DNA from: Arcobacteraceae bacterium
GTDB taxonomy: Bacteria > Campylobacterota > Campylobacteria > Campylobacterales > Arcobacteraceae
DNA length: 64,000 bases
Reading direction: 5' to 3'
NCBI GenBank assembly: GCA_048268245.1
Contig: JBLWVX010000003.1
Coordinates: 55,551 to 119,550, forward strand
The notes under the pieces: model-generated
What the model saw: only the letters and a program-made list of their open reading frames with translations
What the model was told of the DNA's origin: nothing
The model's database searches: none
Translations under genes and position numbers: made by a program
Part shown: positions 51,699 to 61,097 of the stretch, piece by piece
How positions within the stretch are numbered: the stretch's first letter is position 1
Layout: each line of letters starts with the position of its first letter

Positions 51699-52664
51699 TT
51701 GAACAAACAATTTATAGAAGAACAACTAAATAAGTATGGCTCGTCAAACGAGCCATTTTTTTTCATAATATCTTATGATTTCACAAAATTTTATGTGGAA
51801 AAACTATCAAACCTACCTGAAAATATAAAGTTTGAAATTAACCAAAAAACAAGCTCTAAAAATAAACACAAAACTACGGTTGATAAATCTCCTATTTCTT
51901 TTAGAGAATACAAAAAAAAGTTTGACTTTTTGCAAGAACAAATAAAAGAAGGAAATACTTACCTTTTAAATCTAACAGCAAAAACTCAAATAAAAACTAA
52001 ATATTCTCTTGATGAAGTATATGAAAAAGTTAATGCAAAATTTAAATTAAGATATAAAAAAGATGATGATAATTTTGTATGTTTTTCACCTGAAAGATTT
52101 GTAGAAATTAAAAAAAACAAAATTTATACCTATCCTATGAAAGGTACTATTGATGCTAAAATAATAAATGCTTCTGCAAAAATCTTAGGCGATGTAAAAG
52201 AAATGGCTGAACATACAATGGTTGTTGATTTGCTTAGAAATGATTTGGGAATAGTCTCTTCAAAAGTGAGAGTTGATAAGTTTAGATATATTGATAAAAT
52301 AAATGCAGGTGAGAAAAAACTACTTCAAGTTAGTTCAAAAATTTCAGGACACTTAGAACATAATTGGAATGAAAAAATTGGAACAATTTTAACAAAAATG
52401 CTCCCAGCAGGTTCTATTACTGGTACTCCAAAGAAAAAAACTGTTGAATTATTAGAACAAATAGAAGAATATAATCGTGATTTTTATACTGGAATATTTG
52501 GTGTTTATGATGGGGTGTCTTTGGATTCAGCTGTAATGATTAGATTTATTGAAGAAGATGAAAATAAAAACCATTTTTATAAAAGTGGAGGGGGAATCAC
52601 TTGTGATTCTGAGGTTAATGCAGAGTATCAAGAGCTCTTAGATAAAATTTACTTACCTTTTTAA
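51699..52664 (+). CDS. pabB: Aminodeoxychorismate synthase component I (short Campylobacterota form)
   Basis: FSPERF, PMKGT, EHTMVVDLLRND, PAGSITGTPK, SAVMIR, SGGGIT. Confidence 0.9.
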   Translation: MNKQFIEEQLNKYGSSNEPFFFIISYDFTKFYVEKLSNLPENIKFEINQKTSSKNKHKTTVDKSPISFREYKKKFDFLQEQIKEGNTYLLNLTAKTQIKTKYSLDEVYEKVNAKFKLRYKKDDDNFVCFSPERFVEIKKNKIYTYPMKGTIDAKIINASAKILGDVKEMAEHTMVVDLLRNDLGIVSSKVRVDKFRYIDKINAGEKKLLQVSSKISGHLEHNWNEKIGTILTKMLPAGSITGTPKKKTVELLEQIEEYNRDFYTGIFGVYDGVSLDSAVMIRFIEEDENKNHFYKSGGGITCDSEVNAEYQELLDKIYLPF

Positions 52665-52733
52665 ACTTGTAACTTTAATGTAATCAAATAACTTTATTAT
52701 TCTACGAAATATTTTAAGTAGGATAGTTTAAAA

Positions 52734-53759
52734 ATGAAAAAAGCAAATACAGTTTTTATTATAGAGTATCAAAAGGGAAGTGATAAAGGATTTGATGGTT
52801 TTAGACCAGATACAAAACCAATTTTAAGAGCCATTGAAGAAGAAACATCTTTCAAAACTGAAATTGTATTTTTTAAACCTAACAAAAAGTATCAATTATT
52901 AGAGTATTTAAAAGAGAATGCACATGCTGTTATTTCAAGAATCAACCCAGGTAATTTAAAACAAGTTGATGAGTATTTTCAGTTCTTAAAAGCATTAGGA
53001 GATAGTGGAGTTGAAATTCATACTCATCCTGATGTTATGATAAACCTTGATTTTAAAGATATTCTAGCAAAATTAAAGGGTACTGTCTTAGGTGATGATG
53101 AGTCTTATTTTTATCACAATTTTTCAGATTTTGCTTCAAAATTTCCAATAGATTTAAAAAAACATGGAATTAGAGTTTTAAAAACAAATTATGGTTCAAC
53201 AGGAGAGGGTGTTTATCTTGTAAGACAACAAGATGATGGCTCTATTATTTCAACGGAAGCTGTAAATAATGAGAAGTTCTTCTTTGATGACATTCATGAG
53301 TTTATTTCAAAATTTGAGAAAAACTTTGAAGACGATAGTGAATATGCTGAATATTTTCAAGGAAAAGTTGGTTTTGTTGGGTGTAGGTATTTAGAGAGAA
53401 TTAATGAAGGCGAAATTAGAGTTTTATTAGTAAATAATAAACCAATTTCAGTAGTTCATAAAAAACCACAAGAAGGACAGTTCTCAGCTACACTTTTTTC
53501 AGGTGCAAAATATAAGTATGAATCACCAGATGAACCTAAATGGAAAGATGTTATTGATTTAACTACAGAAGGCTTAAAAGTTTTAAAGCCATATTTAAGA
53601 GGTCAAAACTATCCATTACTTTGGACTATGGATTATATTTTAGATTATAATGAGGATGGGTCTGATAAGTATGTATTATCAGAGATTAATTGTTCATGTG
53701 TTGGAATTACAAGTGAACTTCAATATGCAAAAGATGTAGCCCAAGTTTTTGTAAGATAA
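52734..53759 (+). CDS. Cj0069-family ATP-grasp protein
   Basis: GSDKG, ISRINPG, RVLKTNYGSTGEGV, RINEGEIR, LWTMDYIL, SEINCSCVG. Confidence 0.8.
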   Translation: MKKANTVFIIEYQKGSDKGFDGFRPDTKPILRAIEEETSFKTEIVFFKPNKKYQLLEYLKENAHAVISRINPGNLKQVDEYFQFLKALGDSGVEIHTHPDVMINLDFKDILAKLKGTVLGDDESYFYHNFSDFASKFPIDLKKHGIRVLKTNYGSTGEGVYLVRQQDDGSIISTEAVNNEKFFFDDIHEFISKFEKNFEDDSEYAEYFQGKVGFVGCRYLERINEGEIRVLLVNNKPISVVHKKPQEGQFSATLFSGAKYKYESPDEPKWKDVIDLTTEGLKVLKPYLRGQNYPLLWTMDYILDYNEDGSDKYVLSEINCSCVGITSELQYAKDVAQVFVR

Positions 53760-53780
53760 AAGAAGCCATTAGGCTTCTTT
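53759..53780. terminator. Bidirectional terminator
   Basis: AAAGAAGCC-ATTA-GGCTTCTTT between convergent genes. Confidence 0.8.
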
Positions 53781-54545
53781 GCTCCAAAGTTTTAAAAAGT
53801 TGATTATGTCATCTTTAACATAGATATTTGTTGTAATATCATGTTTTGTTTGAGGTAAAATTATAACTTTTGCATTTTTATATTTTCTAAGAGCTTTTGT
53901 ACAATGACCATCAACTTCATGCTCTTTAGTAGCACTTGCGTCATTTGAAAAGTACTCATCATGTGTTCCAATGATATTTAAAAATGGTTCATATTTATTA
54001 GCACCTATTTCAAAGTTTTTTGAATAGTATGAGTTTTCACAAGAATAAGCTGTTACAATTCTTCCTTTAAACTCTTTACCTTTAAAAGAAGCAGCAGCCA
54101 ACCCACCTTCTGAATTGCCCATTAGAAAGATATTGTTTACATCTATAAAACTTATGTTTTGAAGTTTTTGAAGATTATAGTGTATCTCTGCTTGTCTAAA
54201 TTTATGTACTTTTTCATAGTTTTTTAATTTTGTTGGTGTTTCATATGTTGGTCTATTTTTTACTTTAAAAGAGTTAGGGCAAAAGAAAATAAAGTTTGTA
54301 TTTTCAACTATCCATTTTCTATAAATTACTCCTTTATTTAAACCAGCAGAGCCATGTAAAAATAAAACAGTTGGTATTTTATTAGAAGCTTTAAAGTTGG
54401 GGTATAATTTTTTAAACTTTTGAAGTGTACCAAAATAGTGTTCTTTTAAGCCTCCAAAACCTTTTGGTATTCCTATATATGCATATTTATAAGTATTATC
54501 AAAGTCTTTATATTTATCAATAATTTTTTGGTATTTTTTTTGCAT
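53769..54545 (-). CDS. Alpha/beta hydrolase (dienelactone hydrolase-like)
   Basis: LFLHGSAG, nucleophile elbow GNSEGG, GTHD, terminal KHD. Confidence 0.8.
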   Translation of the reverse strand: MQKKYQKIIDKYKDFDNTYKYAYIGIPKGFGGLKEHYFGTLQKFKKLYPNFKASNKIPTVLFLHGSAGLNKGVIYRKWIVENTNFIFFCPNSFKVKNRPTYETPTKLKNYEKVHKFRQAEIHYNLQKLQNISFIDVNNIFLMGNSEGGLAAASFKGKEFKGRIVTAYSCENSYYSKNFEIGANKYEPFLNIIGTHDEYFSNDASATKEHEVDGHCTKALRKYKNAKVIILPQTKHDITTNIYVKDDIINFLKLWSKEA

Positions 54546-54592
54546 GAGAAGCCTTAAAATAAAGTTTTGATATTATATCTTTTAAATTTAAA

Positions 54593-55174
54593 TTGACTAT
54601 AAAAGAAGAAAAAGTGTATTTTGAAACTATAAAATGTGATGACTATGAAGTTTTTAATTTAGAATATCATCAAAAACGAATTGCAAAAACAGTAGGTTTG
54701 AACATAAACTTAAGTGAGTATGTGTATCCTATTTCAAATAAACTATTAAGATGTAAACTTATATATGATGAGACAGGAATTCAAGAGGTAAATTATTTCG
54801 AGTATAAAAAAAGAGATATAAAAACCTTTAAATTAGTTTATGATGAAAATATAGAGTATTCAAAAAAGTATTTAGATAGAGGAAATCTAGATGAACTTTA
54901 TGCTAAAAAAGAAGATTGTGATGATATCATTATCATAAAAGATGGGCTTTTATTAGACACCTCAATAGCAAATATTGCAATTTTTTATGAAAATAGATGG
55001 CTAACACCTACTAAACCTTTACTTGAGGGTACAACAAGAGCTAGACTTATTAAACATGGGCAGATAATAGAAAAAGATATCAGTGTTCAGATGTTAAAAA
55101 AGTGTGAAAAGTTTGCTTTAATGAATGCAATGATAGGATTTGATGAGATAGAGAACTACTCATTTTTTTCATAA
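54593..55174 (+). CDS. pabC: Aminodeoxychorismate lyase-like (PLP class IV)
   Basis: YFETIK, YHQKR, YSKKYLDR, DTSIANI, PLLEGTTR, MNAM. Confidence 0.85.
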   Translation: MTIKEEKVYFETIKCDDYEVFNLEYHQKRIAKTVGLNINLSEYVYPISNKLLRCKLIYDETGIQEVNYFEYKKRDIKTFKLVYDENIEYSKKYLDRGNLDELYAKKEDCDDIIIIKDGLLLDTSIANIAIFYENRWLTPTKPLLEGTTRARLIKHGQIIEKDISVQMLKKCEKFALMNAMIGFDEIENYSFFS

Positions 55175-55797
55175 ACTCTATGAAGTAGCTTTTCCCATTT
55201 ATTTTCTTTCCCCCAGTTGATTTTTACTTTTTTTGTAAAACCATCTTTTGTAAATTTATAAGAATCAATTTCATTAAAAGCAAATTTTGGAATAAGCTTT
55301 TTTCTTTTATTAAAAGGAATAACTTTAAAACTTAGATTATCCAAAACTAAAGGACTTTTCTTCTTATCTTCTACATAAAGTAAAACCATATGATAGTCTC
55401 GTTCACCTTTTACTTTTACAACTGCAAAATATAGATTTTTCTTTTTAATACCAAGTTCTAGTAGTGTGAAATATTTACTTATAACATAATCTTCACAATC
55501 CCCATGACCTTGTATTAGAAACTCTTTAGGTGTTGCCCAATAATCAATTGATGAATTTGCTTTAATATCATGTTGTGGTAGAATTTTATTAAAGAAAGCA
55601 TTTATATGTGAAAGTTTTCTAATTAAAGTATAATCCACAACTTTTTCTTTTAAAGCTTTATACTTTTTTAGTCTATTTACTATTAATGATTGTTTTTTTG
55701 ATTGTTGAATATATTTAATATCATTTTTATTTAGCTTAAACTCATAGGCAAAAGTAATATTGTAAAGTATTAAAATAAGCAAAAATATTCGTTTCAT
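55156..55797 (-). CDS. Transglutaminase-like cysteine protease (BTLCP, LapG-like)
   Basis: Signal peptide, DYWATPKE, GDCEDY, HMVL, LDN catalytic triad. Confidence 0.9.
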   Translation of the reverse strand: MKRIFLLILILYNITFAYEFKLNKNDIKYIQQSKKQSLIVNRLKKYKALKEKVVDYTLIRKLSHINAFFNKILPQHDIKANSSIDYWATPKEFLIQGHGDCEDYVISKYFTLLELGIKKKNLYFAVVKVKGERDYHMVLLYVEDKKKSPLVLDNLSFKVIPFNKRKKLIPKFAFNEIDSYKFTKDGFTKKVKINWGKENKWEKLLHRVYEKNE

Positions 55798-55824
55798 AGG
55801 TTATAATACCACTAAATTTTTGAA

Positions 55825-56277
55825 ATGGATATTAATAATATGATAAATAATATAATAGAAGATCTAAATTATAAAAACTTAGTAAAAAAGCAAGTGTTTG
55901 AAACAATAGAGTTTCTTTTAGAAAAAGATCAAGAGTTTTCAATAACAGCAAATATTGAACCAATAGAGTTTACTCCTGCTTTACCAAATGCTATTAAAGA
56001 GCAACTTCAAAAGTTTTCACTTTTTATATTGAGTAACTATACTTATACAACTATTGAAATGACTGAAGATTACTTAAGTTTTGAAGCAGGTTTTGGAAGT
56101 GAAAATTTTGGAGCTGTAGTAAAAGTACCTTTACATAGTGTATTTCAAATTGTAGTTGATGAATCGATTTTATATATAAACTCTGTAGCAACAGTAGATA
56201 AGTTTAATAAAGACCCAAAAGAAAAATCAATGAATATTTTCAAAAACAATCCAAATAATAAAAAGTTTGATAAGTAG
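55825..56277 (+). CDS. Hypothetical protein, possible SspB-like fold
   Basis: YLSFEAGF...VVKVPLHSVFQI resembles the SspB core. See findings. Confidence 0.6.
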   Translation: MDINNMINNIIEDLNYKNLVKKQVFETIEFLLEKDQEFSITANIEPIEFTPALPNAIKEQLQKFSLFILSNYTYTTIEMTEDYLSFEAGFGSENFGAVVKVPLHSVFQIVVDESILYINSVATVDKFNKDPKEKSMNIFKNNPNNKKFDK

Positions 56278-56286
56278 GTATAGGTA

Positions 56287-56970
56287 TTGAAGTATGAAAA
56301 AGAGATAAAAACTGCATTTAAAGTATCAATACCTGTTATGATGGGATATGCAGTTTTAGGTTTTGCTTTTGGTTTACTTTTAGTTTCATTTGATTACCCT
56401 TGGTATTTAGCACCTATAATGTCACTTTTTATTTATGCAGGAGCATTACAGTTTGTTGCAATAAACTTTTTTAATGCTAAAGCAGGTTTTGTTGATATTG
56501 CAATAGCTACATGGTTTATAAATATTAGACAATCTTTTTATGGCTTATCTTTACTGAAAAGGTTTAAAAAAACTGGAAAACTAAAACCATATTTGATCTT
56601 TGGTCTAACTGATGAAACTTATGCACTTTTAACAACAATAAAAGATGATGAACAATTAAAAAAAAGATGGTACTACTTCTTTTTAACAGCATTTAATCAA
56701 TCCTATTGGTTTATAGGATGTACATTAGGAGCTATAATAGGCTCTAATATTAAATTTAATACAGCAGGTTTAGAGTTTTCCTTAACTGCACTTTTTGTAG
56801 TTTTATGTATAGAGCAGTATAAAAATTTACAAAATACTATGCCTTTTATAGTTGGAGCTATAGCTTCATTATTTTCACTTGTTTTTGTACCGAGTGATAA
56901 AATGCTAATTGTCTCAATTATAGTAGCACTTATATTAATGTTTACGTTTAGAAGAAAGATAGAACAATGA
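56287..56970 (+). CDS. azlC: AzlC-family branched-chain amino acid exporter, large subunit
   Basis: SIPVMMGY, YAGALQF, INIRQSFYG, FGLTDETYA, WFIGCTLG. Confidence 0.92.
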   Translation: MKYEKEIKTAFKVSIPVMMGYAVLGFAFGLLLVSFDYPWYLAPIMSLFIYAGALQFVAINFFNAKAGFVDIAIATWFINIRQSFYGLSLLKRFKKTGKLKPYLIFGLTDETYALLTTIKDDEQLKKRWYYFFLTAFNQSYWFIGCTLGAIIGSNIKFNTAGLEFSLTALFVVLCIEQYKNLQNTMPFIVGAIASLFSLVFVPSDKMLIVSIIVALILMFTFRRKIEQ

Positions 56971-57287
56971 GTGGTATTGAAATATATATAGCAATTGCTA
57001 TTATGGCAGTAGTTAATTTTTTTACTAGGGTGTTTCCTTTTTTATTTTTTAGAAAAAATGAACTTCCTTCATATGTAGTTTTTATTGAGAGATTTTTTCC
57101 TGCAGTTATTATGACTATATTGATAGTCTATTCTATAAAAGATATAGATTTTTCACTTGCTCCATATGGTATAAAAGAGATTGGAGGGATTTTATTTACA
57201 GCTATTTTACATATTGTATTTAAAAACTATCTAGTTTCTATTTTTTCAGGAACAATATTTTATATGGTTTTAGTACAGTACTTATAG
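56967..57287 (+). CDS. azlD: AzlD-family small subunit
   Basis: FFTRVFPF, FPAVIMTILIVY. 4-bp overlap with azlC. Confidence 0.9.
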   Translation: MSGIEIYIAIAIMAVVNFFTRVFPFLFFRKNELPSYVVFIERFFPAVIMTILIVYSIKDIDFSLAPYGIKEIGGILFTAILHIVFKNYLVSIFSGTIFYMVLVQYL

Positions 57288-57346
57288 TACTAGGGCTTTT
57301 TTGTAGTTTATGTGGAGTTTTGAATAAATAAGTAAGTATTTGGTAT

Positions 57347-57382
57347 AAAATAAATAAAAGGCTTAAGCCTTTTATTTATTTT
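57347..57382. terminator. Terminator at the end of fabH
   Basis: AAAATAAATAAAAGGC-TTAA-GCCTTTTATTTATTTT perfect palindrome. Confidence 0.8.
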
Positions 57383-58374
57383 TTTGGTGCAAATGGGAAA
57401 TAAGCACTTCCCCAAGTAAGTCCTGCTCCAAAGGCATCAAATAGGATATTATCACCTTTTTTGATTTTTCCTTGCTCATAAGCATAGTTCATAGCCATTG
57501 GAATTGATGCTGCTGATGTATTACCATATTTGTCTACAGTAATTACTGTCTGTTCATTATTTAATCCTAAAGCTTTTCCAACTGCACTTATAATTCTGTA
57601 GTTTGCTTGATGAGGAATAAAATGATCAATGTCATCATTTTTAATATTGTGTTTTTTCATCATTACTTCAACATCTGCTGTTAAAGTTTTAACTGCTAGT
57701 TTGAAAGTTTCATTTCCTTTCATTCTAATACACGCCATTTTTTGCTCAACTACTTCTTGTGAACATGGATGTTTACTTCCTCCACCTGGAGTTTTGATTA
57801 AATCATCATAGTTTCCATCACTTGAACAATTAACATCAACGATTGCTTCACTTTTGTCATCTGTTGCTGATATAACTGCAGCTCCTGCTCCATCTCCAAA
57901 GATAAAACAAGTACCTCTATCAGTGTAATCTAAAATTGATGTATATGTTTCTGCACCTATTATTAGTACATTTTTCTTCATTCCTGATTCAATAAATGCT
58001 TTTGCTATAGATACTGCATATACAAATCCAGTACACGCTGCACTAATATCAAAAGCTTGAACAGGAGGTAAATCTAATTTTGATGCGATTAAACAAGCCG
58101 TAGAAGGCATACATAAATAATCTGGAGTTACAGTAGCACAAACAACCATATCGATGTCTTCTTTTGCAATTCCTGCTCTTTCAATAGCAACTTCCGCTGC
58201 TTTTGCTCCTAAATCAGATGAAGCTTCATTTTCTTCAGAAATTCTTCTCTCTTTAATACCAGTTCTTTTTGTAATCCACTCATCACTAGTATCAATAATT
58301 TTTTCAAAATCTGCATTTGTCATAATCTTTGGAGGAATATATGCTCCAATAGATCTAAAAGCTGCATATGCCAT
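57376..58374 (-). CDS. fabH: 3-oxoacyl-ACP synthase III
   Basis: WITKRTGIKERR, AACTGF, FGDGAGA, PHQAN, GNTSAASIP, FGAGLTWG. Confidence 0.98.
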   Translation of the reverse strand: MAYAAFRSIGAYIPPKIMTNADFEKIIDTSDEWITKRTGIKERRISEENEASSDLGAKAAEVAIERAGIAKEDIDMVVCATVTPDYLCMPSTACLIASKLDLPPVQAFDISAACTGFVYAVSIAKAFIESGMKKNVLIIGAETYTSILDYTDRGTCFIFGDGAGAAVISATDDKSEAIVDVNCSSDGNYDDLIKTPGGGSKHPCSQEVVEQKMACIRMKGNETFKLAVKTLTADVEVMMKKHNIKNDDIDHFIPHQANYRIISAVGKALGLNNEQTVITVDKYGNTSAASIPMAMNYAYEQGKIKKGDNILFDAFGAGLTWGSAYFPFAPKK

Positions 58375-58414
58375 TTACATATCCTTAAATAAAAGTATAA
58401 CTATTATATCTAAA

Positions 58415-59407
58415 TTAATTGCTATACTGTGATAATCTCTCTTCAATATGACTATTTAAGTTTGAGCTAGCTGCATTGATAGCTTGGAATATTGCATTTT
58501 GAATTGCTTTTGGATTTGATTTTCCATGAGCAATAATTACAGGTGCTTTTACACCAAGTAAAGGTGCACCACCATATTCCGCATAGTCAACTCTAACTTT
58601 TAAGTTTTTAAATACTTTTCTCATTAGAACTGCACCAGCTATTGAAATTAGAGATCTTTTTAAATTCTTTTTGATGATTTGTCCGATTGTATCTGCAACA
58701 CCTTCGGCTGTTTTAAGTAAGATATTTCCTACAAAACCATCACAAACAACAACATCAACTGTTCCTTTGAAGATATCACTACCTTCTACATTACCTGCGA
58801 AATTTGGAACTTTTGATATAAGTTTATAAGCTTCTTTAGTAACTTCATTACCTTTGCTTTCTTCTTCGCCATTAGATAGTAAACCAACAATTGGTTCATC
58901 AAGTTGTAATACATCTTGTGCATAAACTTGTCCCATAACAGCAAATTCGAATAAGTTTTTTGCATCACTATCAACATTAGCTCCAACATCTAATACTAAA
59001 GTATTTTGGTTTTCACTAGTTGGCATAAGTGTTGCTATAGCAGGTCTTGATACACCTTTTATTCTTCCGATTCTAAGTGTTGCTAAAGACATTGAGGCAC
59101 CTGAGTGTCCAGCAGAAACAACAGCATCAGCTTTTTGGTCTCTTACTAATTCAATAGCTTTATAAATTGTAGAATCTTTTCTTTTAAGTGCATCTGTAGC
59201 AGAGTCGTGCATACTAATTACATCATCTGTATCTAATATCTCAACTCTTGATTGAAATTGTTTTGGTAATAAAGCTTCAATTTCATCTTTCTTACCAACT
59301 GCAACTGCAGTGAAGTTATTATTTTGTTTTAAAGCTGCAACAAGGCCTTGAATAATAGGTTCAGGACCGAAGTCCCCACCCATTGCATCTATTGCGATCT
59401 TCAACAT
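58415..59407 (-). CDS. plsX: Phosphate acyltransferase PlsX
   Basis: [50 protein letters not shown]. Confidence 0.98.
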   Translation of the reverse strand: MLKIAIDAMGGDFGPEPIIQGLVAALKQNNNFTAVAVGKKDEIEALLPKQFQSRVEILDTDDVISMHDSATDALKRKDSTIYKAIELVRDQKADAVVSAGHSGASMSLATLRIGRIKGVSRPAIATLMPTSENQNTLVLDVGANVDSDAKNLFEFAVMGQVYAQDVLQLDEPIVGLLSNGEEESKGNEVTKEAYKLISKVPNFAGNVEGSDIFKGTVDVVVCDGFVGNILLKTAEGVADTIGQIIKKNLKRSLISIAGAVLMRKVFKNLKVRVDYAEYGGAPLLGVKAPVIIAHGKSNPKAIQNAIFQAINAASSNLNSHIEERLSQYSN

Positions 59408-59559
59408 TAGCTTTTGTATTCACCAGTGTTTGGGTTAACCGAATGAGGCATTTTCCAAGATCCATCACTATCTTTAACTGGTTTTTTTAAAGTTATTTTG
59501 TAGTGAGTTCTTCTTTTCGCTGCTCTAGTATGAGATACTCTTCTCTTTGGTACTGCCAT
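59407..59559 (-). CDS. rpmF: 50S ribosomal protein L32
   Basis: [22 protein letters not shown] at 59559 follows AAGGAG, and the tracked ORF is over-extended. Confidence 0.97.
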   Translation of the reverse strand: MAVPKRRVSHTRAAKRRTHYKITLKKPVKDSDGSWKMPHSVNPNTGEYKS

Positions 59560-59569
59560 TTTTTTCTCC

Positions 59570-59950
59570 TTAAAATTCTTTTTGAAATTCACTATCATCA
59601 TGTGAACAGTTTTCACATAGATAGTAATCACTTTTAATTGATTCTAATTCACTTTGAATTATCTCATCAAAGTCAATTGTATTATTGTCTATTTCAATTA
59701 CTAAATCTTCCGATTCAGAATCTTCTTTATAAATACCATCACTTAATAAAAACTTTGCATCTTCATTTAAAGTAATAGTATCTGTGATACCACATCTGCA
59801 ACAATCGATTTGTGTATTACCTTTTAATACTGCATCGATTTTTACTAACGATTGCGATATTTTACAAAAAGTACCTTCAATTTCTACTGAATTGAGTGAA
59901 GCACTGAATTCACTAGGGTTTTGAGGTACTTTCTTAAATTCTATTTTCAT
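59570..59950 (-). CDS. YceD/DUF177-like metal-binding protein
   Basis: CCRC and CENC motifs. Canonical position upstream of rpmF. Confidence 0.85.
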   Translation of the reverse strand: MKIEFKKVPQNPSEFSASLNSVEIEGTFCKISQSLVKIDAVLKGNTQIDCCRCGITDTITLNEDAKFLLSDGIYKEDSESEDLVIEIDNNTIDFDEIIQSELESIKSDYYLCENCSHDDSEFQKEF

Positions 59951-59976
59951 GTTAAATTATAAAATTTACTTATTGA

Positions 59977-60390
59977 TTAACAAATTTCTCTGTCAGAGAA
60001 GAAGAATTTAATTTCATTTGCTGCATTTTCTAATGAATCTGAACCGTGAACTGCATTAGCATCAATTGATTCTGCAAAATCTGCTCTGATTGTTCCAGCT
60101 GCTGCTTCTTTAGGATTTGTAGCACCCATTAAGTCTCTGTTTTTAGCCATTGCGTCTTCACCTTCTAAAACAGTTACTACAACTGGTCCAGAAATCATGA
60201 ATTCAACTAATTCACCAAAGAATGGTCTTTCAGCGTGTACTGCGTAGAATGCTTCTGCATCAGCTTTGCTTAATTGAACTTTTTTAGTTGCTGCAATTCT
60301 TAATCCATTTGATTCAAATCTGTCTAAGATTTTACCTACAACATTTTTAGCTACCGCGTCAGGTTTGATGATTGATAGTGTTTGTTCCAT
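59977..60390 (-). CDS. ndk: Nucleoside diphosphate kinase
   Basis: [29 protein letters not shown]. Confidence 0.98.
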   Translation of the reverse strand: MEQTLSIIKPDAVAKNVVGKILDRFESNGLRIAATKKVQLSKADAEAFYAVHAERPFFGELVEFMISGPVVVTVLEGEDAMAKNRDLMGATNPKEAAAGTIRADFAESIDANAVHGSDSLENAANEIKFFFSDREIC

Positions 60391-60445
60391 ATTTATATAT
60401 CCCTCAATATTTTTTTAAGTCGCGGATTATACCTAAAAAAATAAA

Positions 60446-60480
60446 AAAAGGCAAGTAGTTGAAAAAACTACTTACCTTTT
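60446..60480 (-). terminator. Terminator after the ferredoxin gene
   Basis: AAAAGG-C-AAGTAGTT-GAAAA-AACTACTT-A-CCTTTT, with a U-tract on the minus strand. Confidence 0.8.
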
Positions 60481-60511
60481 ATAGTGTTTGGATACAGTTA
60501 AAAACTAAAAA

Positions 60512-60787
60512 TTAGTCTTCTACTACAGGAGTTCCAGCTTCACCTCTGTCTTCTTTTTCAACAGAACCTGAACCAGCTTCATCCCATACAATACATCCTT
60601 CAGTTGGACATGCATCAGCACATGCTGGCTCATCATTGTGACCTACACACTCAACACATTTGTCAGCGTATACATAATATACATCTTCACCAGTTGGGTT
60701 ATCATCGTTATCAACAATTGCTTCTACTGGACACTCATCTAAACATGCGTCACAGCTAATACAAATATCAGTAATTTTTACTGCCAT
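60512..60787 (-). CDS. fdxA: 2[4Fe-4S] ferredoxin
   Basis: CISCDACLDECP and CVECVGHNDEPACADACP. Divergent from ahpC as in Campylobacter. Confidence 0.9.
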   Translation of the reverse strand: MAVKITDICISCDACLDECPVEAIVDNDDNPTGEDVYYVYADKCVECVGHNDEPACADACPTEGCIVWDEAGSGSVEKEDRGEAGTPVVED

Positions 60788-60922
60788 AGTAAATCTCCTA
60801 TATAATAAATTTAGTAAAACTTTATCACAGTAAATATAAAATTAACTTTAAAAAATAAAAATTATCAAATGATACTAAAAATGTAGCATTTATGGTAACA
60901 CTGGCCATTTATTAAATTAAAA

Positions 60923-60937
60923 TGATAATGATTATTG
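60923..60937. promoter_or_regulatory. Fur/PerR-like 7-1-7 box
   Basis: TGATAAT-G-ATTATTG versus consensus TGATAAT-N-ATTATCA, in the fdxA/ahpC divergent gap. Confidence 0.55.
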
Positions 60938-61097
60938 AGATAAATAAAACATTATAAATATACTCGCATATTAAGGATAAAAATTATCTTAGGATAAATT
61001 TTTACAAATTTTAAAATTTAAGGAAAGTTGTAGCTTAATTTGAAAGTTTTTGGTGTATAATTACATCACAAATAAAAAATTAATAAAGGAATTAAAT

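Noticed and set aside
59560-59631. Extended N-termini in the ORF track (rpmF 59631, ahpC 61050, nusA 28512, BCCT 25830, thiS 40291, fliW 21252, dapC 10123, holA 21279)
   Set aside because: Downstream ATGs match family starts and have better-spaced SD or -10 signals, so the shorter coordinates were used.
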